A DNA stretch of 37,912 bases. It comes from Paraphysomonas bandaiensis. Its lineage: Eukaryota > Protista > Chrysophyceae. Both the position numbers and the translations under genes were made by a program. The notes below the pieces were generated by a model that was not told the origin of the DNA, ran no database searches, and saw only the letters and a list, made by a program, of their open reading frames with translations. Location of the stretch: the NCBI GenBank assembly GCA_965644295.1, contig CBFFRP010000364.1, positions 1-37,912 of the forward strand. Direction: 5' to 3'. This document shows positions 25,948 to 37,912 of this stretch, piece after piece. Positions within the stretch are counted from its first letter, which is position 1, and the number at the start of each line of letters is the position of its first letter.

Positions 25948-28900
25948 ATGAATGTCTTTCAGTTATCCTCATCAATTGATTACATTATCTTGATTACAGG
26001 GACTGTATGTGCAGCTGCGACTGGTGTGGCGATCCCATACATGAATATCTTGTTTGGAGAGATATTAGATCAATTAAATGAAGATTCAACTAAAAATGAT
26101 TTTCAAAATGGTGTTAATAAAGTGGCTATTTTATTTGGATATGTTTCATTAGGTATATTTGTATCGGGTACTATGAAGGTACATACATACATATACATAG
26201 TGATGTATTAGAGGGATATGTATGATATATATATATATAGGTGTATTGTTGGTCTGCTATTGGTGAACGTCAATCTCAAAGAATACGTGAGATGTATGTT
26301 GCTAGTATCTTACGACAGGAAATTGGATGGTTTGATGCAGGAGGCGCCTCCTCACTGTCAACTAAAGTGTCGGATCTATGTGGAAAAGTAAATATATTAG
26401 CACATTAAGTCTATATAGTAATAGTTGTTTGCAGGTACAAGACGGTATTGGTCGCAAGTGTGGAGATATGGTTCAATATGTGGTTCAGTTCTTTGCGTCA
26501 TTTGTGGTCGCTCTGTATTTATCCTGGAAGCTAACGGTGAGTAAGTATCCAATTTAGCGCGTAATTTCAATTATGTTATCCAGTTGGTGCTACTTGTGAC
26601 CATCCCTGCAGTGGGTGCTGCTGGTTACTTTATGATCTACGCTGTTACTGAGGCCACCAATAATTCACTGGTTCAGTATGCCGCCGCTGGTGGCCTGGCG
26701 ACAGAAACGCTCAATGCTATCCGCACTGTTATCGCTCTCAACTTACAACCCTTTGTAATTGAAAAGTACCGCCGCTATATTATCAGCGCGATGCGTGTTG
26801 GTATTCGTAAGGGATTTAATATTGGAATCAGCAATGGTCTCCTTTTCGGCATGTGCTTCATGTGCAATGGGTTAGGGTTCTGGTATGGTTCAGTACTCGT
26901 GGCCAAGGATATACGTTCGGATTGTACATCCAATTGTATGACTGGAGGAGATGTGATGGCTGTATTTTTTTGTGTGCTGATGGGGAGCATGGCACTTGGA
27001 CAGGTCAGTTCTTCCAGTTGTTGTAGATACACTTCGTAAAGTTTCATAAGTAGGCATCCCCTACAGTGTCAGCATTCATTTCTGCGCTAGCCGCAGCGGA
27101 TCAAATGATAGAGCTTCATAAACGTACACCAGCAATAGATAGTTTGTCTACGAAAGGATACATACCTGAAAATGCACTTGAGGGATCCATTGAAATCCGA
27201 AATGTGGAATTCAGGTATCCCACTCGACCAGATATCCCTGTTTGCTCAGATTGTAGCTTGTCCATCAAGCCTGGTGAGGTTGTGGCCCTCTGTGGACCGT
27301 CAGGTACACTTACAACTCTGCGAGTGTAAATACTGTTGTGTCTTATGACTTACGTACTCCGAAATATATAGGTTCTGGGAAGAGTACAATAGCCAATCTC
27401 GTAATGAGATTCTACGACCCCGCAGAGGGCGTCGTTTTCATTGATGGCAAAGACTGCAGGGAGTACAACGTGCGATGGCTGAGGTCACAAATCGGATATG
27501 TGGGCCAGGTACACTTGTTTTAAGTAACTATTTATGTCCTTTAATCTCTTATCAGGAGCCTTTTCTATTTTCTGGCACTATAGAAGACAATATTGCTGAC
27601 GGGCTTGATGCCGAGGTTTCAAATTTAAGCGAAAAAGATATGAAGGAGAGAATTGAAACTGCCGCAAGGTTGGCCAACGCTCACGACTTTATCATGGAGT
27701 TTCCTGAAGGATACAAGACAGAAGTTGGGTCGCGTGGAAGCTCGCTAAGTGGTGGTCAGAAGCAGCGAATTGGTATTGTTTTAATTGATGTAGTTTTTTG
27801 TACTTACCCTTTGATATCGTGTAGCTATCGCACGCGCATTAGTAAGTAGACCATCCATTCTGATTTTAGATGAGGCGACGAGTGCCTTAGATGCAACCTC
27901 CGAAAAACTTGTGCAAGAGAGCATTGATTCTCTCCAGCAGACCAAATCTCATACCACTATTGTGATTGCGCATCGTTTGAGTACAATCAGAAGAGCAGAT
28001 AAAATCGCCGTGATATCTGACGGTAAAGTTCAAGAGCTTGGAAACCACGACGAATTAATTAAGAAGAATGGTATATATGCGGATCTTGTGAGTACACAAA
28101 TGGAAGGATCTTCTGATCACGTACATACGGATCAAGAGACCTTAGATACTGATGATTGTACAGATATTGTACAGCCTGGCACAGTAGAAGGCGAAATAGG
28201 TGGTACAGAAGATATGAGGGAGAGAAAGTTAAGTGTGTCGGAAAGTGGGGACGCGGAAACTCTTGCATCTAAAAAGGACGATTCTAATGCAATGTGGCGC
28301 ATATGGCAATTGACTTTTGGTCACTCTGGCTGGCTAGCTGTCGGAATGTTAGGAGCAATGATATATGGAGGAACATTTCCAATTTGGGGCTATATTCTGG
28401 CCCGAGCCCAAGATGTTTTATATGAAGAAGATGCTCGTGATGTTTCAAAGGGAGGAGAGATTATGGGTATCTACTTCTGTCTGGTTGGTGTGGCTTGCCT
28501 TCTTGGATGCACTCTGGAGTTTTGGGGAATGGCACATATCGGAGAGAAGTTGTCAGTGAAAGTTCGATCCGCACTGTTTGAGAGTTTAATGCATCGTGGT
28601 GCTGGATTTTTTGACAGAGAGGAAAACGGAAGTGGATCATTGACTACACAACTGGCTGAAGATTCGCGATTAATGCATAAGGCTACAGGAGAAGCTCTTG
28701 CGAAACAAATTCAAGCTCTTTTCACCATAGTAATAGCATTTGTCTTGGGATTCACTGCGTCTTGGAAGATTGCTCTGGTGACACTGGGAACATTTCCCCT
28801 AAATGTCATTGGCGGTGCAGTACAGATGAGTGCTATTAGTGGACAATCGTGAGTATTACGTGCGTATATTTGATATTTAAGTTATAATGGGTGAATGAAG

Positions 28901-30526
28901 GTATGACACAGAAGGTGTGGGCGGAGGTAGCGCACAACTTGGATCTGCTTTTACAAACATGAGAACTGTCAGCAGTCTCTCCCTACAACACAAGGTATGA
29001 ATGAAGCAGTGCTGCGTATATTACAAAGTTTAGTGAGAATGTGCGCTAGGTGAGCGAAGTATACAACTCCATCTCTCGTCAGGCTGCATTAGAGAGAGAG
29101 CGTCGGGGATTTATTGCGGGCATCGGGTTTGGAGGCTCTCAAGCCGTTGAGATGGGAACTTATGGGCTTGTGTTTTGGTGCGTAATTAATTCACAACATC
29201 ACATTTGTTTATTAAAGTTATGTAGGTACGGGGCTCGATTGATTGTTAAAGATGAAATCACATTTCTGCAACTCTTTACTGCTATTTTGACCCTTATGAT
29301 GGGAACTTTTGGGTTGGGCGTGGCTCTCCAAGATCTTGGCGATCAGAAAGCTGGAGTGATGGCTGCGAAAAGAGTTTTTCGTTATATTGATGAAGCACAA
29401 GCTGATCCATTAGACGGACTTTCCAGTGACGGTCGTATTCTCGGTGAGAAAGCGGTGGGAAAGATTGAGTTTAAGAATGTGTCGTTTGCGTACCCCACGC
29501 GACGAAATGTACAAGTGTTTCGCAATTACAGTGTCACCATCGAGCCAGGTGAGGTCCTGGCATTGGTTGGCCCTAGTGGGAGTGGAAAAAGTACTATAAT
29601 GGGTTTGCTGCTTCGTTTCTATGAACCCGATAGTGGGGAAATACTATTGGATGGGGTAAATATTAGAGACATTAATATTCGATGGCTACGCCATCAGCTT
29701 GGGTATGTTGGGCAGGTATGTTCACTTGAATGTCTAATGTTTATTTAAATGAAATGGTGTCTACAGGAGCCTGTACTTTTTGCTGGCAGCGTGAGTGAAA
29801 ATATTGAAAGAGGGCGTGCAGGGGCAGCTCAATTTGACACTTGCGCGATTCCTAGCATCGATGAGATACTTGCTACTGAGGGTGTGAACTGCCTTGGACA
29901 AAGTGCAGCCACACAATCTGGATATGCTAGTAACATAATGCCAAGAAAAGTATCGGACGGTGGTCACAGGGAATTAACACAGGAAGACGACGTAAAAAAG
30001 GACATCGAAATGGGGGAGATGGGTGAAATTGAAACTGTTGATGCGGATATCATTGAAGCGGCCCGTCTCTGTCAGTGTCATGACTTTATTGTAGGATTTC
30101 CTAATGGATATGATACTGATGTCGGGGAGAGCAGTGTAATGGTTTCTGGTGGTCAGAAACAACGCATTGGTAGGATGTATGTACAAGTGTAGTGTATCTA
30201 CTTACGTTGCGTATACAGCACTTGCTCGAGCGCTTGTAAAGAATCCCCCGATTCTGCTTTTAGATGAAGCCACAAGTGCTCTGGACGCGGCTTCCGAAAA
30301 GCTTGTACAAGAAAGCATCGACCACCTTCAACAGACCAGATCACAAACAACTATTGTAATTGCTCATCGTCTGAGCACAATAAAGAATGCAGATAAGATT
30401 GCAGTTGTTGACAAAGGCGAGATCGTTGAGATGGGGTCACATGAATCGTTGGTCAAGAGCGGTGGCTTATATAGCCAACTTTGGGAAAAGCAACAGCACG
30501 GAAAATCTTCAAAAGCAGCTCTTTGA
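25948..30526 (+). CDS. Full-length ABCB (P-glycoprotein/MDR-type) transporter, TMD-NBD-TMD-NBD; start codon uncertain
   Basis: LRQEIGWFD, two Walker A motifs (GPSGSGKST), LSGGQKQRI and VSGGQKQRI, two LDEATSALD, and IAHRLSTI, joined by many short GT-AG introns. Confidence 0.95.
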
Positions 30527-30846
30527 GGTGCGGAGTAATATTTTATTTGATCAAGTTACCGGATGTGTTCATTAAGTTTTTAGAACACAAAATGGAGTAA
30601 TTTAAATCAATCCGTCTGTAATATGTCTACTAAAAGCTATACAGTTAGTAATCAAAATTGCTGACGAAACATACTAAATAGTAAATCATATTTATGATTC
30701 GCGAACGAAATAATCTAATGGTCGCTTTCTTAATATTATACACTAATCAGTACATAACGAAAAATACTCTATTAGAAAATTGTTGGGCTCCTAATTGTCG
30801 TTAACCCCCGCCAGTGCGCTGAGTCGAGTGCTGTGTGTACTATTAA

Positions 30847-31434
30847 GGGGGGGACGCTATCTATTTGGGGCGATATTATCTAAATTGGCATTAATGGTCA
30901 TATTTATAGCTTGCAATAAAATTGCACGGAACTGGGTTAATTGATTATTACTTAATGGTTACGGTTACCAGTTACCAGGCCCTGATAAAAAATGAATGAT
31001 GTATGATATGGCGCACACAATCCTGGTAAGCACGACGTGACCCAAACTCTGAAATGACTAGGTTTTACTGCTTCAAATCACTTTCAGCATCAAATGCGAC
31101 ATTTGAAGGTCATGAAACCTATTATGATTTATTTGCGCAAGAGTATGAGATAATAACTCCTCCGTATTTAGAGCTAATTTCGTCTGGAATGAAATTACAG
31201 TTGACCAAGGTATGTTGGCAGTTAATATATATATATAATACTTAATATATATGATAGGAAAAGAGATGTTTGCTATATTAATATAGCCGTGGATAATTGA
31301 ATCCAGGGCTTGGTAACTGTTAATCATTAATGGTAGTCCATTTCTCGGCAATTATAATGGTCATTACCGGCCCATTAATTGCCATTAATACCTAAGTATA
31401 CAATACCGCTCATAATAGATACTGTGGTGCTCCC
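30847..31434. mobile_element. Non-autonomous DNA transposon with ~135-bp degenerate TIRs and TTAA flanks (Kolobok-like)
   Basis: TTAA|GGG...CCC|TTAA. Arms 30847-30984 and 31304-31434 share TATCTATT, ATTAATGG and CAGTTACCA(G/A)GCCCTG in inverted orientation. Confidence 0.7.
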
Positions 31435-31839
31435 TTAATTACTAGTTTAGTTTCATATTTCATAATAGATAATAGACTACGAATCGCAACTGCTTCTCGA
31501 CCTTTACTTGCAGGGCTTTATGGAGGACATAAGCATCCCACAACATGTAATTGGCTAGTAAGAATTGCGTTTTCTTATTACAGGTACTTAATGAAGGGAC
31601 AATATTTAATTTATTTGAAAACAATCGACCCTTATTTTCTACCAAGCGAAATATACAGCACCGACACTATAACAATATACCGTTGACAAGGCTACAAAGC
31701 ATTTTTTCACTTATCACTACTTTAGATATGACTCAGCCGTAGTATCAATGTTCCGTACATGTACAGTGTCCGCAATAACTCATTGAAATCAGAGGCTATC
31801 TACACTCCTTGAGAAAATTTAGAGAAAAATTCGATGAAT

Positions 31840-32556
31840 TCACCTCGTATTGCGTGGAATATACGGTTCAGCTTCCAATGGTGCGTTCACCCTTCTTTGA
31901 TCATTTTTTTCCCCAAGACTTGCTAATGCACTAGTGGCTGCTTTGGCCCCTGACATAAGAGCCCGCGCAGTTTTACCAGATATATCATACTTTCTGTCTA
32001 AGTCTTGTGCACCCTTAACCACACCTGCCGTCGCTTCTTTAGCTCGATCGTATATCTTATACTCATCGTCTAATTCTTTGGCTTTATTATAGGTTGCTTT
32101 ACCAGCTTCAACCACTTTCTCTTTAATATGATACTTCTCAGCCGCTTCCACAGACTTATCATATGCAGAAACAGCAACATTTCCAGCTGATCTTGCAGTT
32201 GATCCAATATCATCCTCACGTGTAGATGCATATAATGCAGCTCCTGCAACAACAATACCCGTAAGAGGACCAACAAGTAGACATCCAATCACTCCTCCTG
32301 CAGCTGCTGCACCTAAACATGCTTTATTCCCATTATTCATCATCTTCTCATCCCCTTGTTGTGCCATGACAACAGTTGATCCACCCTCTGTATCATCTAA
32401 TATCTCTATTGATATCTTATCGCCTGGATATGTATGTGGAGGGACTGTGAGCTCATATATACGACCATCATCAGTACGGACATTAATAATAGATCCTGGT
32501 GGATGATTAGGGGGGATCTCCACACTGATGATATGGGAGGAAGGGGTTGAGTTCAT
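31840..32556 (-). CDS. Hypothetical protein (two V/IPP..PG repeats, Gly/Ala-rich hydrophobic hairpin, D/E-KY-x-I amphipathic repeats)
   Basis: 238-aa ATG-started single-exon ORF with protein-like internal repeats. Confidence 0.8.
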   Translation of the reverse strand: MNSTPSSHIISVEIPPNHPPGSIINVRTDDGRIYELTVPPHTYPGDKISIEILDDTEGGSTVVMAQQGDEKMMNNGNKACLGAAAAGGVIGCLLVGPLTGIVVAGAALYASTREDDIGSTARSAGNVAVSAYDKSVEAAEKYHIKEKVVEAGKATYNKAKELDDEYKIYDRAKEATAGVVKGAQDLDRKYDISGKTARALMSGAKAATSALASLGEKNDQRRVNAPLEAEPYIPRNTR

Positions 32557-32787
32557 TCGAGGTGTAGGGAAGTGTGTGTTGTGATGAGATGGATGTATCA
32601 GTATATATGTATGTATATATGATGAGAGTGTGTAGATATGACTGTATATAAACTATATACTACTATGTGTATGCATATACCAGTATACATACATATGATC
32701 CATATGCAGGAACTGGTACACTATATCACAAGAAAATGCCAGCACCTTTACTCAGGTAGGTGAAGTATACACACTCATACGCAGCTG

Positions 32788-33160
32788 TATACATACATAC
32801 ATACATACATACATACATACATACATACATACATACATACATACATACATACATACATACATACATACATACATACATACATACATACATACATACCTAC
32901 CTACCTACCTACCTACATACATACCTACCTACCTACCTACCTTCGTACCTACCTACCTACCTACCTACCTACCTACCTACCTACCTACCTACCTACATAC
33001 ATACATACATACATACATACATACATACATACATACATACATACATACATTGTACATACATACCTACCTGCCTACCTACCTACCTACCTACCTACCTACC
33101 TACCTACATACATACATACATATGCATACATACATACATAAAGGTAGGTAGGTAGGTACA
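32788..33160. repeat. Compound microsatellite (TACA)n/(TACC)n with a short inverted (TAGG)n tail
   Basis: Alternating tetranucleotide blocks are directly visible. Confidence 0.97.
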
Positions 33161-33355
33161 TGTCTGTAGGTATGTGTGTTGGTAGGTACAGACTATGATG
33201 TATGTATGCCGTATGCATGTACAGTGTATGTATCTGTGTGTGGTATATTGGATATATATGTATATGTATGTATATATATATATATGTGTGCAAGGCAACA
33301 AGAGCTCATTATCTATCATATTTTTATATCTACTTATCGCAACTAAACATAAATA

Positions 33356-33823
33356 ATGGCTGAAGAAGAAGGACCTGTATCAGACGCTCAGCTACTAGCT
33401 GATATCGCTGCTAGGAAATCTACTGTGGAGCAACATCTGAGTCGCAAGAATAACGCTCAAGCTCTCCAAACATGCCTCCAGAATCCCCCTGTTACTACAA
33501 AGACTCCTAGTGTAAAGGTAAACTATGTTATTATATTCTCATATATATATTTTAATATTACGTTATATTTTTTTAATACTGTTTAATAGGATGCTAATGC
33601 GGAGGTTGTGGATAAGGTATTAACTGCCATCAGTGACAATGAATTTTCGTCCCTCATCGCAGATTTGGACCTGGAAGCATGTGATGTACTCATGAAGTAC
33701 ATTTATCGCTTTTTGGAACGATCTCAGAATTGTGGATCTCTTCTGAAATACCACGCCCATCTTGTTGAGAAGGCTGGTCTGGGGTCAATTGTTCGTGTGA
33801 TGACTGACCGCAAGACCGTTTAA
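33356..33823 (+). CDS. ARPC5: Arp2/3 complex subunit 5 (p16-Arc), 2 exons
   Basis: ALQTCLQNPP, DVLMKYIYR, LLKYH and GLGSIVRVMTDRKTV. Intron 33518-33589. Confidence 0.95.
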
Positions 33824-34519
33824 TAGTTGACATGTGATGGGAGTGGTATATATAGTGGTGATCGTAATATGGAATTTATCTAACCGATTAATATAAATCT
33901 TCAGTAAATGTTATAATTTTGCCGGATCTTTTAACGTTTCAAGTTGACGTTTGGAACTAGGTCTAATTATGAGATTGTGAATACTATAGAGTTCTAAGCT
34001 AGTAAATACGGTATGATAGGTTAATTGCTTTTAAGAATTGAGCAAATGGTCAATTAAATTAGATGTGATGGGCCCCTCAGTAACCTGCGCAGTCCTCGTT
34101 GCCCGCTTTTCTTCCTGTGATGAAATCTGACATTTTAATATAATAAACTAAACGAAATACTTTATTCTAGTGTCTTATGATCTAAGTGCCTATATTCTAC
34201 TAGCGCCTTAATTCTCATTAGTGTGTTACCTTCGGGGTACATATGTAAGTAGATCTACTACTGTGCTTTTAGTAAAATATCAGTCATAACTCTTATTCAC
34301 CCTAAATACTAATTCTAACTACAACGCATCAAAATGTACACTCGATAAGGATGTGATTATAAAAGTGTTAACTTTCTTACTTTTGTGTAGATTAACTGTA
34401 ATGTCATATACCAGTAATCTACAAAACACAGACAACAAAGGGAAAACAACGTACGAACACCTGCAAATTTTGGGAGAAATCTTGCCCAGTATCAAATATT
34501 TCATATGTAATACTTCGAC

Positions 34520-35741
34520 TTACTTCTGGCGCCATGATGGCAGCCATGAGCCCCTCCTGTTTTTATTCTCTTCCATATACTTCTTGCGCATATCAGCAGC
34601 TAGTGACCTATACTCTTCCATTGTGGTAAAACTAGTGTATAAAGTTTCTAAAGTGGCAAATACATACTGCTTCACACTTAAGAATGTATCTGCATTAGGA
34701 TTGGCCAATTGCAACTTGATGCGCTTTCGATTAGCATAACTTATCGATAACTCATAGGCCGAATCCTCAGCAATAAAGAACTTAAAGATCGTCCAGGCGA
34801 TATCACGACAGTCTTCCCCTTTGGTCAGCATTGATTCCACCATTTGAATCATACGGTAACATATCAAGGTCTCTGGACACGACCGTCCCTGCAGGTAGAT
34901 ATAAAATCGTTCGTACAGAAAGCGACACTGGAGAATTTCATTAATTGTAAAAGTCTTCTTGTCCGGCAAATCCGAGGCATTGAACTCAATGATTGTAGGA
35001 GGTGCTGGTACTATAAGTTCATGGGCAGGTGGTAGAATATTGCAGTCCGCTACACGGGTTGTCATATCCACGTACATATTAGAACGATAAAATCGGGGAA
35101 GAATTCCATTCTTCAAAGTGCGCAAGGGTTCCTTAAGAGTTTCGTAAAAAGTTTCCGGCCCGTATAAATTAATCCGTTTGATACGCTTCTCGGTACGTAG
35201 TAGCACATCGTGCGGTATACATATTTGCCACACTGCATCTGAATGGATAAATAAAGAGTGAATCTTACTGGCCATCTCCTTTACAGATGCCTCCTCTAGG
35301 TATAGAGAAGGCCATTTCGCATCTATATCACAATCTGGAACATCAATTAGCTCTTCATCCAACTCTTCATATGACTTTGTCCAGGTCGCAGTATCCACTT
35401 CAAAGATCTCGACAAATTCTTTAACTATCAAATATCATGAATACACATAAACATCCAATTAATACCCTTACTTTGCATCACATATTTGATGTTCTCCGCA
35501 TTATACTCTGATTCACAAAAACTCTGCAAGATATAATACAGTCATATACATACTCTACACACATATAGCATATACTTACAAGTAGATATCCACATGATAT
35601 AGGGTTTTCTATAATACTGTCTACATCACTAGTATCGAAATCACTGTTGCATCTGTTTAAAGTTGATCTGGTTTTTTCACCATTACTTTGAGCACTTCGT
35701 CTACTGTGTCTGCTTCTATAACTATTCTCTGGAGTAGCCAT
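34520..35741 (-). CDS. Tandem (double) RGS-domain protein, 3 exons
   Basis: SIIENPISCGYLL|SFCESEYNAENIKY...IHSLFIHSDAVWQICI...ILPRFYRS, and a second EILQCRFLYERF...PETLICY...IFKFFIAEDSAYELSIS. Introns 35579-35524 and 35471-35425. Confidence 0.8.
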
Positions 35742-37183
35742 ATCTCAATCTAATCAATACATTTCAAACCCCATAAAATACACGTCGTTTAATATATAAT
35801 CTAATTCTAGTGGAGTTACTTACAATGTTCTCCTATAGAATTCTTATCCCCATATATATACACACACACACTAGTATTGTAGTAGTATGTATATGTATGT
35901 ATGTGTACGTATATGTAGGTATGTGCATGGAGTGTGTGGCCTTCATTCCCACTCTGACTTGCACGTTACAGCCATCCGGACTGATTTCGTATGTCATATT
36001 TTTGAACCACACGCAGTATACAGCTTTATACAATGTATTATTAGTGATGGTATTGTGTAACGCCACATGTTGAATGTAGGGTTGGAATCGACCAATTGAT
36101 GGAAGCTATTTTAGTATGATAGGCTAATATGCAAGCCAGTGTGATTGTGGGACATACGTATCCACAACAATGTATATCATATAGAGACACATGGCTGAAT
36201 GAATGCTTGAATGTCAGGTAAAATAGCATGTTCCAACAATCTTATTTCAACAGTCAGATATGCATACAGATGGCCACTGGTACAGGTGATGGAATAGAAG
36301 ACTGTATAGTATGATATGATATGATATGGACTGGATGATCTGATTGTGTATGATATGAAACGCTGAACGGAATAGTGCTGTGGTAAATGCTATAATATTA
36401 ACATAATGATATATATATTTATATAATATTATATAATGCGATGTGATGTGAAAGAAATTGTTAATAGGTTAGATTAGGCAAAGCAGTGACGACGTACTAT
36501 ATTGTGTTACATTTTATGATATGATTTGATTACATATGGTATGAGATGCTAAAGGGTTTGATAATTTATTATGTTGTTTTAGATGCTATGATGTTCACAT
36601 TATGTAATATGATTACTGTAACATTATAATATATAGCGCTATGTTGTATGATCTGTCAGTGTCAGATTTTCTCCCTGTTTTTTAAAATGACTCAGCATAC
36701 GAATATACGAATAGTATATGCCCCATTCTGAGCGCGTACTTAGGTAGATTCGGATGGGGGTCGGGTGGGTACCTAACTAATACTTGATTTAAGTCCCATA
36801 CGTTATTTGCTAGCTACCTACTGAACCCAACTAGCTACATCATTATCACATGGTATTCAGCGCTGAATATGCAGTGAGACCCCGGGTGGGGTAGTGCTGA
36901 ACTAAGCAATGTGTACATAGGTAGAGGCGATCAATCGCAGCAGCACTCAGCCGCACCCACTAGGGGGCCGCACGCAGTAATTAGTTACGCTGTCAATATG
37001 GAGCAGTTACTACAACAGCATACATCATGTTTTTGATCTAAACTGCAGTGCTCCAAACTAATCCTAGCTAATGCTGCTTCATATTGATGCTATACAATTA
37101 CACTTACAAGTCTGTCTATCACAGAGTCAAGTCAAACGAATATATCAACAAAATGTATGACTACAAGACAACAACACTAAAAC

Positions 37184-37661
37184 CTAATCAGAATCACCAT
37201 AGGAATCTAACAAATCACCCAGTCCCCCTAAAGTAGATACAACAGGCTTATTTGAATCAGCACAGGAGATCATTACTCTTTCCCTCATCGCTACCAACAC
37301 TGTCAGATTGATGTTTTTTTCTCTTCTTAGCTTTGATTTTAACATTGATATTAAGAGAATCATTCTGACGCTTTTCTCTTAATACAAAGTTCGTGCTCTC
37401 AGAGACAGAACTCTGTGCTTTACTGGCATTCAATCTGAAAGCTGTTAACTCCTTCTCCTCAAGCATCTTGTTTCGTCTCTCAATAGCTTTGTACTCTTCC
37501 TCTTTAGTCTTCAAATATAACAAGTCAGAAGTGTCATATGCCCCTGTTTGTTCTGCCTATCGAGGGATATGTCTGGTGATCGCCTCTACTTGTGCTTGCT
37601 CACTGGCACTCTTTGCCTCCTCTAGATTAGTGATGATTTTATCTTCTTCGTTCGCTGGCAT
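37184..37661 (-). pseudogene. FAM192A/NIP30(Fyv6)-like nuclear protein, apparently disrupted
   Basis: ATG at 37661, YDTSDLLYL...EEKELTAFR, a basic KIKAKKRKK stretch, and a typical acidic end LGGLGDLLDSYGDSD* in another frame. In-frame TAG at 37559-37557. Confidence 0.45.
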
Positions 37662-37794
37662 TGCAGTGATCTATCTCACAGAGTCAATGATAGATATAAT
37701 TGTATTGCCTGCAGACTGATCGAGATGTGGAGGTACAGTGCTTTGTATCTTTGTATATTACATTATGTATGAATGAGGCTGTGTCTAAAATCTG

Positions 37795-37912
37795 ATGGGT
37801 AACAAAAATGAAGGGTAATCGGGTAAAAAAAACGGCATTACCCACCCTGTTTTTCGCGTTTTGCTTGCTAAAATCGTTTGGGTAAGTGTAATGGGTAATA
37901 TTATTACCCTAG
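37795..37912. repeat. GGGTAA/TTACCC subterminal-type repeats with a possible hAT-like terminus
   Basis: Five GGGTAA plus two TTACCC motifs. TTACCCACCCTG ending at 37849 reads CAGGGTGGGTAA on the minus strand. Confidence 0.4.

Noticed and set aside
32760-33319. ORFs with YIHT/YLPT repeats
   Set aside because: They are translations of the microsatellite.
37795-37912. Telomeric repeats
   Set aside because: The motif is GGGTAA, dispersed and in both orientations, not tandem TTAGGG/TTTAGGG.

Overview
Eukaryotic nuclear DNA with many short GT-AG introns (mostly 45-60 nt). The gene content and motifs suggest a stramenopile, possibly chrysophyte-like (inference only). The first 7.6 kb is a nested LTR-retrotransposon block: the 3' end of a Gypsy/chromovirus element on + abuts a Copia element on - that breaks off inside RNase H. 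The rest is a compact set of mostly head-to-head gene pairs: GT61 glycosyltransferase / coatomer beta', trifunctional purine enzyme / voltage-sensor adenylyl cyclase, SET pseudogene / ABCB (MDR) transporter, and hypothetical protein / ARPC5. A double-RGS gene and a disrupted FAM192A-like gene follow. DNA-transposon remnants sit in the tail-to-tail gaps. Most notable are a GARS-GART-AIRS (purD-purN-purM) fusion in non-canonical order, a channel-type cyclase lacking the catalytic Arg, an integrase with an extra domain after its chromodomain, and an intronless SET pseudogene embedded in transposon debris. All calls come from reading motifs by eye; no searches were run.
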